DNA of 52,945 bases from an uncultured Planctomycetaceae bacterium. GTDB lineage: Bacteria; Planctomycetota; Planctomycetia; Pirellulales; Lacipirellulaceae. The notes under the pieces were generated by a model that saw nothing but the letters and a program-made list of their open reading frames with translations, was not told where the DNA came from and searched no databases. The position numbers were made by a program, and so were the translations under genes. Below, piece after piece: positions 30,703 to 40,641 of this stretch. The stretch spans positions 1 to 52,945 of the forward strand of contig CAWWCC010000001.1 of NCBI GenBank assembly GCA_963935315.1. Direction: 5' to 3'. Every line of letters starts with the position of its first letter. Within the stretch, counting starts at the first letter, position 1.

Positions 30703-31212
30703 TCATTCAACTTTCCGCTCATAGACCTGGTAGGTATGCGGAAAATCGTTCTTATCATCTGCCGGATGCTTCTCCTCTTCGAGCAATTTCCAGGCTGTCC
30801 AATTGACCTGTGGGAAAAAGGCATCGCCTTGCACTTTTGCGTGGACACGTGTTAGCAGCAACCGATCTGCACGAGGTAATAACATTTCATAAATGCCTGC
30901 ACCACCTATCACAAACACTTCGGGTGTCTCTACTGGCGTCGAGTGCGCCAGAGACATGGCTTCGTCAAGGTTTAAGGCGGTAGGTACTTCTTGAAAGCCC
31001 GTTGCATAGTCCGCCTGATGCGAAATAACTATCGAGATCCGCCCTGGTAAAGGTCGGCCAATCGATTCCCAAGTCTTTCGTCCCATCAGCATCGTGTGGC
31101 CCATTGTCAGGCGTTTGAAACGCCTTAAATCCGTTGATAAGTGCCAGGGCAAATCACCCTGGTATCCAATCACGTTATTTTCGGCGACAGCAACGATGAG
31201 GGAGAGAGGCAT
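30703..31212 (-). CDS. folA: Dihydrofolate reductase
   Basis: IVAVAENNVIG, LPWHLSTDL, MGRKTWESIGRPLPGR, VIGGAGIY. Confidence 0.97.
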   Translation of the reverse strand: MPLSLIVAVAENNVIGYQGDLPWHLSTDLRRFKRLTMGHTMLMGRKTWESIGRPLPGRISIVISHQADYATGFQEVPTALNLDEAMSLAHSTPVETPEVFVIGGAGIYEMLLPRADRLLLTRVHAKVQGDAFFPQVNWTAWKLLEEEKHPADDKNDFPHTYQVYERKVE

Positions 31213-31263
31213 CAGATATTTTTCTGACTTCGTGAAACTAGATTGCCAATATGATTATGACTT

Positions 31264-32058
31264 TCAAATTGCCACCGGCGCTCGAATGTGTGGGTGGGGG
31301 TCATAATCGATTAGAGAAAAATCTTCGTAATGGAACGCAAAAATATCCTTTCTATCTGGATTGATTTGCATTGTGGGTAAGTGTCGTGGTTCACGCTCGA
31401 TTTGCAAACTTGCCTGCTCCAGATGATTGTCGTACAAGTGCGCATCACCCAACGTGTGGATAAACTCACCAGGCTCCAGGCCAGTCACCTGCGCAATCAT
31501 TCTTGTCAGTAGGGCATACGAAGCTATGTTGAATGGAACACCCAAAAAAACGTCCGCACTACGTTGGTACAATTGGCAAGAAAGCCGCCCCTCCGCAACA
31601 TAAAACTGGAACATCAAATGACATGGTGGCAGCGCCATCCGATGCAAATCCGCCACATTCCAGGCACTGACAATCAAGCGTCGTGAATCCGGATTGTTTC
31701 GTATGGCATCCACAACCTCTTTGATTTGATCGATCGTACGACCGTCAGGAGTGTCCCAAGAGCGCCATTGTTTTCCATAAACGGGCCCGAGTTCTCCAGA
31801 TTCGTCAGCCCATTCGTCCCAAATACTGACGCGGTTGTCTTGCAAAAACTTTACATTCGTCTCACCACGAAGAAACCAGAGCAACTCGTAAACGATCGAA
31901 CGCAGATGCAACTTCTTGGTTGTTAGCAGAGGAAATCCTTCGGCCAGGTTAAACCGCATCTGATAACCAAAAACGCTACGTGTCCCCGTACCAGTCCGGT
32001 CCGACTTTTGCGTTCCTTGCTTGAGGACATGGGTGAGGAGATCAAGATACTGACGCAT
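31264..32058 (-). CDS. thyA: Thymidylate synthase
   Basis: [28 protein letters not shown]. Confidence 0.98.
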   Translation of the reverse strand: MRQYLDLLTHVLKQGTQKSDRTGTGTRSVFGYQMRFNLAEGFPLLTTKKLHLRSIVYELLWFLRGETNVKFLQDNRVSIWDEWADESGELGPVYGKQWRSWDTPDGRTIDQIKEVVDAIRNNPDSRRLIVSAWNVADLHRMALPPCHLMFQFYVAEGRLSCQLYQRSADVFLGVPFNIASYALLTRMIAQVTGLEPGEFIHTLGDAHLYDNHLEQASLQIEREPRHLPTMQINPDRKDIFAFHYEDFSLIDYDPHPHIRAPVAI

Positions 32059-32212
32059 GAAAATTGTCCCTTCGCGTTTTCATGCCTTTCGCAGAAACGC
32101 CTTGACTCGCCACATGGGAGCCATTTTTTTATTCTAAGTGTTGTTTCCCACGTAATTGCAAGAAAACAAAAGTCCGACGCTGCGCATAAAACGTGCGCCT
32201 ACCAACCTATTT

Positions 32213-32479
32213 TTATGATTTCTCCGCCATCAACTCTTCTACAACATTGGCCAATAGGGCTGGATTGTCTTGTTGGCGAAGGTGCTCTATCCGTTTGGGA
32301 CCAATACCGAGCTTTTCCAGGGCAGAAACTGCCTGTTTCCACTTCGTTTCACGCGCTTTGCCCTCCGCCAGGTAAAGATCTGTCACCAGTTCACCCAACC
32401 GCTGGAGGGAGATCGCTCCACGATTATCGTAGTAATTCTTAATGGCTTTCTGCTGGTACTTGGAATAGCCTTTGTCCAT
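32213..32479 (-). CDS. Small hypothetical protein
   Basis: Protein-like helical sequence MDKGYSKYQQKAIKNYYDNR...LQRLGELVTDLYLAEGK. ATG 32479 is preferred over the track start at 32551. Confidence 0.75.
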   Translation of the reverse strand: MDKGYSKYQQKAIKNYYDNRGAISLQRLGELVTDLYLAEGKARETKWKQAVSALEKLGIGPKRIEHLRQQDNPALLANVVEELMAEKS

Positions 32480-32568
32480 TTCACTCTCTTCTAGCAGGGG
32501 ATCTGGGTGTTTCAGGGCTGAAAAGCATTGTTTTAACGGGGGTCCTCCCACGGCACAATACTTGAGAA

Positions 32569-32754
32569 TCTCTAGCCTGGATATTTCATACGTTTCGTCG
32601 CGAGGTGGCCTAAGTCATTTCCTGGCAAGGCATGCGAGGCTTGCAACCGGAAGCGTGTATGTGACACGTTGAGGATTGCAAGCTGAAGTATAACGCAGTC
32701 AGGAAAGGACTTAGGCTGCCGGAGCAGGAACGGATGAAATATCGAGGCTAGAGA
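32569..32754 (+). ncRNA. Candidate structured ncRNA, 6S RNA-like rod with a central bubble
   Basis: Nested stems of 10, 10, 6, 13, 9, 8 and 6 bp over 186 nt; a 12/14-nt internal bubble; five G.U pairs on the + strand and no A.C apposition. Confidence 0.55.
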
Positions 32755-32989
32755 CACCAGAGCTCGGCAGAAAGCGGGATTCTCAGGCGTAGGTTTCTGC
32801 TAGGGCCCCCACTTTTAGGTTTCCACTTTTCGCCAAACGGTAGGCGCGGTAGATTATCCTACTCGGTCGGAGATCTCAGCGGTAGCTGCGAGACCCAAAA
32901 GCAAACAAAAGGCCCCAACTGCCGTATTCCTGCTGCTGTATCCGAAGGGCAAACCGATTTACACAGATACTTACGAAAGTGCTAGACAG

Positions 32990-33403
32990 ATGCCGGTCGT
33001 CAAATTTATCAACGAGAAAAAAGAAATCGAAGTTCCTGAAGGTGCAAACTTGCGGAAAGAAGCCATCAAGGCTGGCATCAACACGCACCAAGGCCTTAAT
33101 GGACTCGGCGCTGGACTCAATCAGATCATCAATTGCCATGGCTTAGCACAGTGCGGTACCTGTCGAGTGCAGATAGTTCGTGGCATGGAAAATGCCAGTA
33201 AAATGGGGCTGGTTGAAAAAACTCGATTTCGTGTCCCCGTTCCTACACCTGTGACCCCTGGTGGTGTCGATCCCGTTCCTTGCCTGGCATTTGTTGGTAA
33301 TGAGTCAACGATGCGACTCGCTTGCCAGGTTACTGTTCATGGAGATATGGAAGTTGAAACGGGTCCCGAACTGAATCTGTTTGGCGAAAACTTTTTTAGT
33401 TGA
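32990..33403 (+). CDS. 2Fe-2S ferredoxin-like protein
   Basis: NCHGLAQCGTCRV and RLACQ. Confidence 0.9.
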   Translation: MPVVKFINEKKEIEVPEGANLRKEAIKAGINTHQGLNGLGAGLNQIINCHGLAQCGTCRVQIVRGMENASKMGLVEKTRFRVPVPTPVTPGGVDPVPCLAFVGNESTMRLACQVTVHGDMEVETGPELNLFGENFFS

Positions 33404-33452
33404 GTTTGAGTCTGTCGAATTCCAGTCATCGGCGCATGCCAACAGATCTCTC

Positions 33453-33779
33453 ATGAAACAAGTAATCGCCATTGTCAAGCCATTTTTGGCCGAAAAGATT
33501 CTTGAAAGCTTGCGCCGTGCTCCACTCGAAGCGGTCGAGGTTTGTGAAGTCAAAGGGATGGGGCGGCAGAAAAGCTATCTGGATCAGTATACCGACAACG
33601 AATACCAGTTGGCATTTCTTCCCAAGGTGCAAATCACAGCTTGGGTCGATGATTCGCGTGCCGAGGAAATCATCCGAAAACTGGTTGAAGTTGCCCGTAC
33701 GGGTCGCATGGGGGATGGCAAGATTTTTGTCCTTTCGGAAGATTCTCACGAAGCTCTCTTAGCCCCCGCCGAAGAGTAG
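33453..33779 (+). CDS. P-II family signal transduction protein (atypical C-terminus)
   Basis: MKQVIAIVKPF, VKGMGRQK, FLPKV, ARTGRMGDGKIFV; start at ATG 33453. Confidence 0.93.
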   Translation: MKQVIAIVKPFLAEKILESLRRAPLEAVEVCEVKGMGRQKSYLDQYTDNEYQLAFLPKVQITAWVDDSRAEEIIRKLVEVARTGRMGDGKIFVLSEDSHEALLAPAEE

Positions 33780-33951
33780 CTCCTCAAATCGAGTTTCAAA
33801 ACACTACTTTCCCCATAGGTGGAGGCCTGGTCCCTTGCCGGGTACACGTGCCCTATCACCGAACCCAGGATTGTTGGGGAGATTCTCAGCCTACCTCTGG
33901 TAAAACCTGCAAAATCTAGGCTATTTCTCCAGGTTTCCTGCCCTTTCGGAC

Positions 33952-33979
33952 TTGCCATGCCTGTCAAGCTGAGGACAAT
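33952..33979 (+). promoter_or_regulatory. Putative sigma70 promoter for the HU-like gene
   Basis: TTGCCA-16 bp-GACAAT. Confidence 0.4.
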
Positions 33980-34103
33980 ACGTACTCTGTTCAGCCACAT
34001 TTACAAACTCATGGTCTGGGCAGGACGTGCCACTGGAGGGTACGCCGCATAGGCCATAACTCCAACTGTTTTTTACAACCCGTTAAATGAAGAAGGATTA
34101 AAA

Positions 34104-34433
34104 ATGGCAAAGAAAAAAGCAGCATCCGCAAAAAAGGCGATGACCAAGTCTGAAATTCTAACCTCACTATCCGAGTCGAGTGGTTTCACCAAAAAAGAAG
34201 TTGCTGGTCTGCTTGAGGACCTGGGAGCACTCATTGGTAAGAACCTCAAGAAGAGCGGTCCTGGAATCTTTAACATTCCTGGTCTGATGAAAGTTAAATG
34301 TGTCCGCAAACCTGCTACGAAAGCGCGTAAGGGAATCAATCCCTTCACCAAAGAAGAGACAATCTTCAAGGCCAAACCAGCAAGAAACGTTGTTAAGATT
34401 TTACCCCTCAAGGGGCTTAAAGACATGGTCTGA
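34104..34433 (+). CDS. HU/IHF-family DNA-binding protein
   Basis: MTKSEI, FNIPGLMK, ARKGINPFTKE, KAKPA; Lys/Ala-rich N-terminal tail. Confidence 0.95.
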   Translation: MAKKKAASAKKAMTKSEILTSLSESSGFTKKEVAGLLEDLGALIGKNLKKSGPGIFNIPGLMKVKCVRKPATKARKGINPFTKEETIFKAKPARNVVKILPLKGLKDMV

Positions 34434-34457
34434 TTTATTGGTAGACCTTAGAATCCT

Positions 34458-34496
34458 AAAACCCTCCAACTGTCTTTACAGTCGGAGGGTTTTTTT
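34458..34496 (+). terminator. Rho-independent terminator, probably bidirectional
   Basis: AAAACCCTCCAACTGT-loop-ACAGTCGGAGGGTTTTTTT between the convergent HU-like gene and glnE. Confidence 0.85.
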
Positions 34497-34505
34497 GCGC
34501 TACGC

Positions 34506-37500
34506 TCATGCTTTTTCAGCAATGTCAAACACTTTCAAGAACGTCTCACGTACTTCGCGAAAAATCTTTGCAACTTCTTGACTCAACTTCTCGGAATCTC
34601 CATATCCCAACAGAAAAGCAAGCTTTGACTGCTCCTTCGGATTATCAGGGTATTCGTGCCGACCACTTGAATCCATTAAGCGAATACGAGCTTCCGTGCT
34701 TCGTTGAAAACGATAGGCTCTGCGCAGAAATTCGGCGTCGGAAGTCGATAAGATACTCGCTTGCTCTAGTGCGGATAGACCGGTAAGCGTCCCATGAACT
34801 CTGATTTCGGGGAGCGACTGACCATGTTTGAGCTGCAACATTTGTACGATGAATTCCGTATCCATCGTACCACCCGCGGTTCGTTTAAGATTTCTGGGCG
34901 AAGCCGTCTCTTCAAGCTTTAGCCGCATATTACGAATTTCAGTGGCAAAGCTTGACTGCCATGGTTTGCAATAGGTTGCCTCAACAACGGCTTGCATGGA
35001 CCGCTCACGAACGGCTGGTGACCCTGTGATCACACGCGCTTTGCAAAGCGATTGTCTTTCCCATAGCTGTCCACCGCCTGACCGAAAGTAACGTACAAAC
35101 TCATCGAGCGAGACCGCCAAAGCCCCACTACGTCCTGTTGGCCGCAACCTTGGGTCAACCTCATACAGTTGGCCATACGGACCGAAGTGGTTCGCACGTT
35201 TGATAATCCTTTGACCTAGTTCACTAAAAAAATGGCTGTTCGTCGTCGAACCATGACGTCCACGATGCTGCCGTGGTATCGTATTGCCTTCACTTTCGTA
35301 AAGAAAAACCAGATCCAAATCACTGTGGTAATTTGGTTCACGTCCTCCCAGTTTTCCTAAAGCAAGCACTATAAATTCACAAGGATGGCCAACATGGTCG
35401 GGGCCCACTTGCCAGGGTGCAAGAGCGACGCGATCTTCTGGGTTCTCGGGCAAATCACCTATTCGTGGTTCACCCAACTTATCCATCAGCTGTTCACTTT
35501 CGCTGAAGATAATCTGCTTGAGCAATACTTCCGCAATATCTGAAAGTTCAGCATGCGTTGCTTCAATATCATCCTTACCTAGGATGTCCCGCACGCCAAC
35601 TCGTAAATGCTGCGCAGATTTAAAACTATGTAGAATTGGCTCCAAGTTCTCTGCTCCACGTGTTAACTCTCCAAGAGATTCTTCGAGTGTCTCTGCATCA
35701 GGCAAGTGTCGAATAAGCAAACTATCAAGCAACTCGTCAATCATGCCCGGATTGCTGGTTAAAATGCTCGACAAGTAGGGACATGCAGCACAGAGTGTCA
35801 CGTATAAATTCAGAGTCGGATGATTCGTACTACACAGTTCCCAAAGGGCTGCCTTTCCACCTAGCGAATCACTAACCCGACTTAGCGTCACAAGTGTCGC
35901 ATCTGGGTCAGGTGTTTGCGCTATCGCTGCCAATAAACGTGGCGCAATCGAAGCCAAAAACAACCTGCATCTGCGTGTGGATAGAAATGGAATACGCTCT
36001 TCAGCCAAGGTCATTAAATTCCGGTATGCAGCTTGAGGGTCAGCAAAGGCATAGCGACTCAAAACCTTTTCGATAGTATCTGGCTTGGGAGCCGGATCAT
36101 TGACCAGATCAATTTCGGGTTCGGATTCTAAATCATCACCGAATGCGTCATGCATCAGATGCTCTAATATCCCACGATTTACAGACGTACGCCGTTCGTA
36201 GTCTTCCTGAAAAGCGGCAAGAGCCGAAGTCGAATCCGTCTCGACAAACCCCATTCGCCTGGCCACCTTTGTCAATTCGGCTTCTGACTTGGGAAGATCA
36301 TGAGTTTGTAGATCGTTCATGATTTGTAGTCGGTGCTCCAAGTTGCGCAAAAAACAATAATTCTCTTCGAGCAGACTACGTTCTTGATGTGTTAAGACTC
36401 CTGCATTTTCAAGTTTTTCGATCGCTTCCAGGGTATTGCCAGTACGTACACTCGCTTCCACACCGCCATTCAACAACTGCAAGAATTGAAGTACAAATTC
36501 GATATCTCGAATGCCTCCATGGCCTGTCTTCACATCACTATCTTCGGTACCTGCCGCGCTCGATCGTTTTTCGATACGCCGCTTGAGCCCCTTGATACCC
36601 GTAATGTCTGCCAACGACAAATGACGTCGATAAACCCAGGATTCTAACCGCGTCAAATAGTCTTGTCCCAACTGGAGCGCACCAGCAATAGGCCGTGCCT
36701 TGATATATGCCTGACGCTCCCATGTGCGCCCGCGCAGGTCGTAGTAGGCCAGCGCGCTGTCCACACGTGAGCAGAGAGCCCCTTGCCCGCCGTCTGGCCG
36801 CAATCGCATGTCCACCCGGTAGGCAATTCCAAGATCCGTGTTTTCGGAAAGCAATTGAATCAACAATTGCGCAACGCGATTTACATACTCCTGTGGTTGG
36901 ACATCGCTCCATCCGTCATCACCAACCTGCCAGAGAAAGACCAGGTCGATATCGCTCGAATAATTAAGCTCCAATCCCCCCAGTTTCCCTAAGGCGATCA
37001 CCACAAAATAAGGAACTGCAAAATTTTTGCCATTCACACGGTAATATTTTTCGACCACTTTACGCTGTGCAAAATTTAATGCTGATTCGACAATCGCATC
37101 GGCCACATACGAAATCTGACGAGCCGTTTGTGAAACGGGAACTTGTTGCACAATATCCCCATAGGCAATTCGTAGCGTCTCTCGTCGCTTAAAACGGCGT
37201 AGTGCTGCCAGGACATCTTGTAAATTGCTGAGACTAGAAACTTCGTTCAGCAACTCCTCGACGAGTACTTCTCGTGCTACCGGCCGGCCTTCGGTCATTC
37301 GTAGCAGGTCATAACTCGCAGGATCTGTACAAAGCTGATCGCTGAACTTCTGACTGCAATTAAGCATCCGCAGTAAGTTTGGAAGCGAATACGTATCACG
37401 CTCAAACAAGGCTACCGTCGACAGGGGACTACGTGAAGCAAGAATATATCGCTCAAGATTGTTAAGCGCCATATCGGGGTCCGCTAAGAGCGGACCCGTT

Positions 37501-37670
37501 TCAGAAAACTGTTCGCATACAGTCTTTAGAAGATCAAGGGGCACACCACTTTGAGCGATACGTTGCAGGTTTGCGTGTGCTGTCCGCAAATCGGTTAAAC
37601 CCGTTGCTGCCAACCATGGCTTTGCTTCATCCAGAGAATCAAGCCAAGAGTGAATATTTTCAATCTGCAT
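34506..37670 (-). CDS. glnE: Bifunctional glutamine synthetase adenylyltransferase/adenylyl-removing enzyme
   Basis: Two nucleotidyltransferase domains: LGKLGGLELNYSSDIDL...RVDMRLRPDG and LGKLGGREPNYHSDLDL...EVDPRLRPTG. Confidence 0.96.
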   Translation of the reverse strand: MQIENIHSWLDSLDEAKPWLAATGLTDLRTAHANLQRIAQSGVPLDLLKTVCEQFSETGPLLADPDMALNNLERYILASRSPLSTVALFERDTYSLPNLLRMLNCSQKFSDQLCTDPASYDLLRMTEGRPVAREVLVEELLNEVSSLSNLQDVLAALRRFKRRETLRIAYGDIVQQVPVSQTARQISYVADAIVESALNFAQRKVVEKYYRVNGKNFAVPYFVVIALGKLGGLELNYSSDIDLVFLWQVGDDGWSDVQPQEYVNRVAQLLIQLLSENTDLGIAYRVDMRLRPDGGQGALCSRVDSALAYYDLRGRTWERQAYIKARPIAGALQLGQDYLTRLESWVYRRHLSLADITGIKGLKRRIEKRSSAAGTEDSDVKTGHGGIRDIEFVLQFLQLLNGGVEASVRTGNTLEAIEKLENAGVLTHQERSLLEENYCFLRNLEHRLQIMNDLQTHDLPKSEAELTKVARRMGFVETDSTSALAAFQEDYERRTSVNRGILEHLMHDAFGDDLESEPEIDLVNDPAPKPDTIEKVLSRYAFADPQAAYRNLMTLAEERIPFLSTRRCRLFLASIAPRLLAAIAQTPDPDATLVTLSRVSDSLGGKAALWELCSTNHPTLNLYVTLCAACPYLSSILTSNPGMIDELLDSLLIRHLPDAETLEESLGELTRGAENLEPILHSFKSAQHLRVGVRDILGKDDIEATHAELSDIAEVLLKQIIFSESEQLMDKLGEPRIGDLPENPEDRVALAPWQVGPDHVGHPCEFIVLALGKLGGREPNYHSDLDLVFLYESEGNTIPRQHRGRHGSTTNSHFFSELGQRIIKRANHFGPYGQLYEVDPRLRPTGRSGALAVSLDEFVRYFRSGGGQLWERQSLCKARVITGSPAVRERSMQAVVEATYCKPWQSSFATEIRNMRLKLEETASPRNLKRTAGGTMDTEFIVQMLQLKHGQSLPEIRVHGTLTGLSALEQASILSTSDAEFLRRAYRFQRSTEARIRLMDSSGRHEYPDNPKEQSKLAFLLGYGDSEKLSQEVAKIFREVRETFLKVFDIAEKA

Positions 37671-37675
37671 TGCGG

Positions 37676-39109
37676 CTACTTAGTAATTGCAAAAACTTCG
37701 GGTCCTACGTGCTGGGTTACTACCGTACCAAATAATGTGTGTGCATTTGCATCGTATACCGTGATAGGCAGTGTCTGTCCTATTTGACGACGATTTCCGT
37801 CGAATACTACAATCCGATCACACATCGTCCGCCCAGTGAGTTGGACTTGCTCGCCGGACTCTTCTTGACGGACACTAGCTTTGCTGGGCCCTTCTACCAA
37901 TACCTCCACATCGCGTCCTAAAAACATTTGGTTGTCCTCTTCACTAATTTTGTTCTGCAATGCCAACAATTCGTTGTTGCGTCTTTTTTTAACTTCTTCG
38001 TCTACATCATCCGGATATAGCTCCGCCCCCTTGGTCCCTGGGCGCTCACTGTACTTGAAGATAAAACTGTTTTTGAAACGCTGCTGACGTACTATGTCGA
38101 TGGACTGCTGAAAATCGTCTTCTGTCTCGCCACTAAAACCAACTATAAAATCACTTGTGACAGCAGCGTTGGGTATCCACTCACGAATGCGGCACATCAT
38201 CTCCAAGTAATCTTCCACGGTGTAGCCTCGCTTCATCCGCTCTAGCATTCGATTCGATCCAGATTGGATCGGCACATGCAAGTACTTGGCGCACTTTGGC
38301 AGGTCTCTTACAGCCGCCAACAGATCCTCGGTCATATCCTTCGGATAATTCGTGACAAACTTGATCCGCTCAATACCTGCAATTTCATGCAATGCGTAGA
38401 GTAAATCGCTCATCCGTGTTTCTTTTTGGGTAGCCTCGACACGATTATCTCGAAAACGATAACTGTTTACGGTCTGGCCAAGCAGGACAATCTCCTTACA
38501 TCCCTCATCAGCCAACTGCTTGGCCTCCATCAAAATCTGCTCAGGAGGCCTGCTTTGCTCCGGACCACGAACACTAGGAACGATGCAGTAGGTGCAAAAC
38601 TTGTCGCAACCTATTTGGATCCGAATATAAGCCTGATAGGGCGTTGGTCGCATCGCAGGGTCTCGCAACGGATCAAAGCTCTCATGACTCCGCTCCACGT
38701 GATCACGCGACCCTTCTTTGCGGCCCAAACTAACTTCCATGCGTTGTTCGCCACCAGCAGAGATCTCCTCAATCAAATCGGGAACCTGATGCAATTGGCC
38801 TGGTCCTACAATCAAATCCACATAGGGTGCCCGTTCGAATATTTGCCGTTGATCTTTTTGAGCCATGCAGCCCAAAACCCCGATAATCTTTTCTGGATGA
38901 CCCTGTTTCACATTTTTCAGCCTACCCAATGCGCTATAAATCTTGTCCTCTGCATGTTGACGCACGCTGCACGTATTAAACAGTATCGTATCCGCATCCT
39001 CCGTGTTGTCAGTCAGCACATAATTTCGCTTGCGCAGGCTAGCCACAACTAGCTCACTATCGAGCACATTCATCTGACAACCGACGGTTTCAATATAAAG
39101 CTTCTTCAT
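37676..39109 (-). CDS. miaB: tRNA-i6A37 methylthiotransferase MiaB
   Basis: GCQMNVLDSE, NTCSVR, GCDKFCTYCIVP, C-terminal TRAM domain. Confidence 0.97.
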   Translation of the reverse strand: MKKLYIETVGCQMNVLDSELVVASLRKRNYVLTDNTEDADTILFNTCSVRQHAEDKIYSALGRLKNVKQGHPEKIIGVLGCMAQKDQRQIFERAPYVDLIVGPGQLHQVPDLIEEISAGGEQRMEVSLGRKEGSRDHVERSHESFDPLRDPAMRPTPYQAYIRIQIGCDKFCTYCIVPSVRGPEQSRPPEQILMEAKQLADEGCKEIVLLGQTVNSYRFRDNRVEATQKETRMSDLLYALHEIAGIERIKFVTNYPKDMTEDLLAAVRDLPKCAKYLHVPIQSGSNRMLERMKRGYTVEDYLEMMCRIREWIPNAAVTSDFIVGFSGETEDDFQQSIDIVRQQRFKNSFIFKYSERPGTKGAELYPDDVDEEVKKRRNNELLALQNKISEEDNQMFLGRDVEVLVEGPSKASVRQEESGEQVQLTGRTMCDRIVVFDGNRRQIGQTLPITVYDANAHTLFGTVVTQHVGPEVFAITK

Positions 39110-39166
39110 CCTTATCCAATCAAAATACGTTTCTATACCTTTGGTACCGATGGTCCCATTGTAGTG

Positions 39167-39394
39167 CTAATAGTCTAATTGTATGTGTGCGCACCCACTC
39201 AAACTTTTACGCCACGTCACGATCTTCAGCCTCAGCCGCTTTTTGAGCTGCTTGCTTTTTTTGGCATGCTGCCCTTCCAGCTGACTTCGAACCTGATCCA
39301 CCAATTGATTCCGCCGAACAGCCATCAACCGCACCAAGACCATCACACCCACATAGCCGGCACCCATAAGAATCAATACGTCCCAGCGATCCAT
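39167..39394 (-). CDS. Small single-TM protein, possible C-terminal frameshift
   Basis: MDRWDVLILMGAGYVGVMVLVRLM followed by a charged helix; GGAG upstream; A7 run at 39256-39262. Confidence 0.6.
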   Translation of the reverse strand: MDRWDVLILMGAGYVGVMVLVRLMAVRRNQLVDQVRSQLEGQHAKKSKQLKKRLRLKIVTWRKSLSGCAHIQLDY

Positions 39395-39594
39395 GCTACT
39401 TCTCCACAATGGATTCGGATTCTATTCACCCCATATCGACCCGCCGCAAGCAGGCGGCCGTTCAACACAAACTGCCGTCACCAGCAAGGCCGTTACGCAA
39501 ATTCAGGCCCAGCGCACGAAGCACCCTATGATACAACACGGCAACCCCGTCCTGCGAGGCGAAAAACCCAAGCTATCATTGCCAAGATTTTAGA

Positions 39595-40305
39595 TTACGC
39601 CTGCCCAAAGGGCGAATGAGGCCGGACTTCCATGCGTTGTTGAAGCACCGATCGCACTTTGCGCCTCATCCACCAACCCACACGGGTTCCTCGTAAATCC
39701 AGCGTTTCGAGTCCCAGAATCGAATCCACGATCCAGGTTGCATCCTTGCCAACAGGGGTCCCAGACAAATCGATGTGGAGCAACTGCTGAAAAGCTTCCA
39801 GTTCAAGCACCGCAGCATCCGAGATTTTGCAGTTGGGCAATTCCAACCGTGTCAAACTACCCAATTCTGATTGCTGTTCTACCATGTAACGGATCATTTC
39901 TTCTGCCTGAGTCGATCCTTCCAGCCGGATGCTAATGACGTTCTCAGTTAATTGCGCAAAATCTCCGAATGATTTTTTTAACCAGTCAATCGCATCGCTC
40001 GTTACTTCAGCACCGAATTGCTCCAAACGTTCAATCATTTCTTGGGTGCCCAGATAGCTGGTCATTTGATTGGCAATCCAGCCACGCCGGTCGCTGCGAA
40101 AATCAAGATATTTTTTTGCTTGCTCAAATGCTTTCTGCAATGCATCAAACTCTTCTGGCGAACCTCCTCGATCGGGATGCAATTCCTTGGCCCTAACCAA
40201 ATAGGCCGCTTTCACATCCTCCAGAGCATAGGGTGGCGCCAATCCTAAAAGCACCATAAAGTCAGGTCGGCTTTCAGACGATTTATCGGATCGAGAAGAC
40301 GTCAT
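39595..40305 (-). CDS. J-domain (DnaJ-like) protein with C-terminal leucine-rich repeats
   Basis: VKAAY...KELHPDRGG; LRRs LTRLELPNCKISD, LLHIDLSGTPV, LETLDLRGTRV. Confidence 0.85.
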   Translation of the reverse strand: MTSSRSDKSSESRPDFMVLLGLAPPYALEDVKAAYLVRAKELHPDRGGSPEEFDALQKAFEQAKKYLDFRSDRRGWIANQMTSYLGTQEMIERLEQFGAEVTSDAIDWLKKSFGDFAQLTENVISIRLEGSTQAEEMIRYMVEQQSELGSLTRLELPNCKISDAAVLELEAFQQLLHIDLSGTPVGKDATWIVDSILGLETLDLRGTRVGWWMRRKVRSVLQQRMEVRPHSPFGQA

Positions 40306-40641
40306 CTGAGGTTCTCCATATATTTGGGCTGATGCGCATTTTATAGTTTTTTAGTCCCACAAAGAACCTGCCTCACCGTATTTTTTCTCGCCCTACAACA
40401 AGAATAATCGCAAGTACCAAGCATATTCTTGTCCAACAATCTTGGTTTGCTAACGAACGAAATCCTCAGACCTCCCTTGGTTGGACTTTCCACGAAACTG
40501 ACCGCATAACCCTCAGGGTCGGTATAGTCGAAACTTGGTGATTTTCATTCTTCTCTTGCAAGACATTGTCCTGCAAAAAACTATTTTTCTTAATTACCTC
40601 ACCACAAATCAATATGGCAAAGTCTAATAAGGGCAGTTGAT

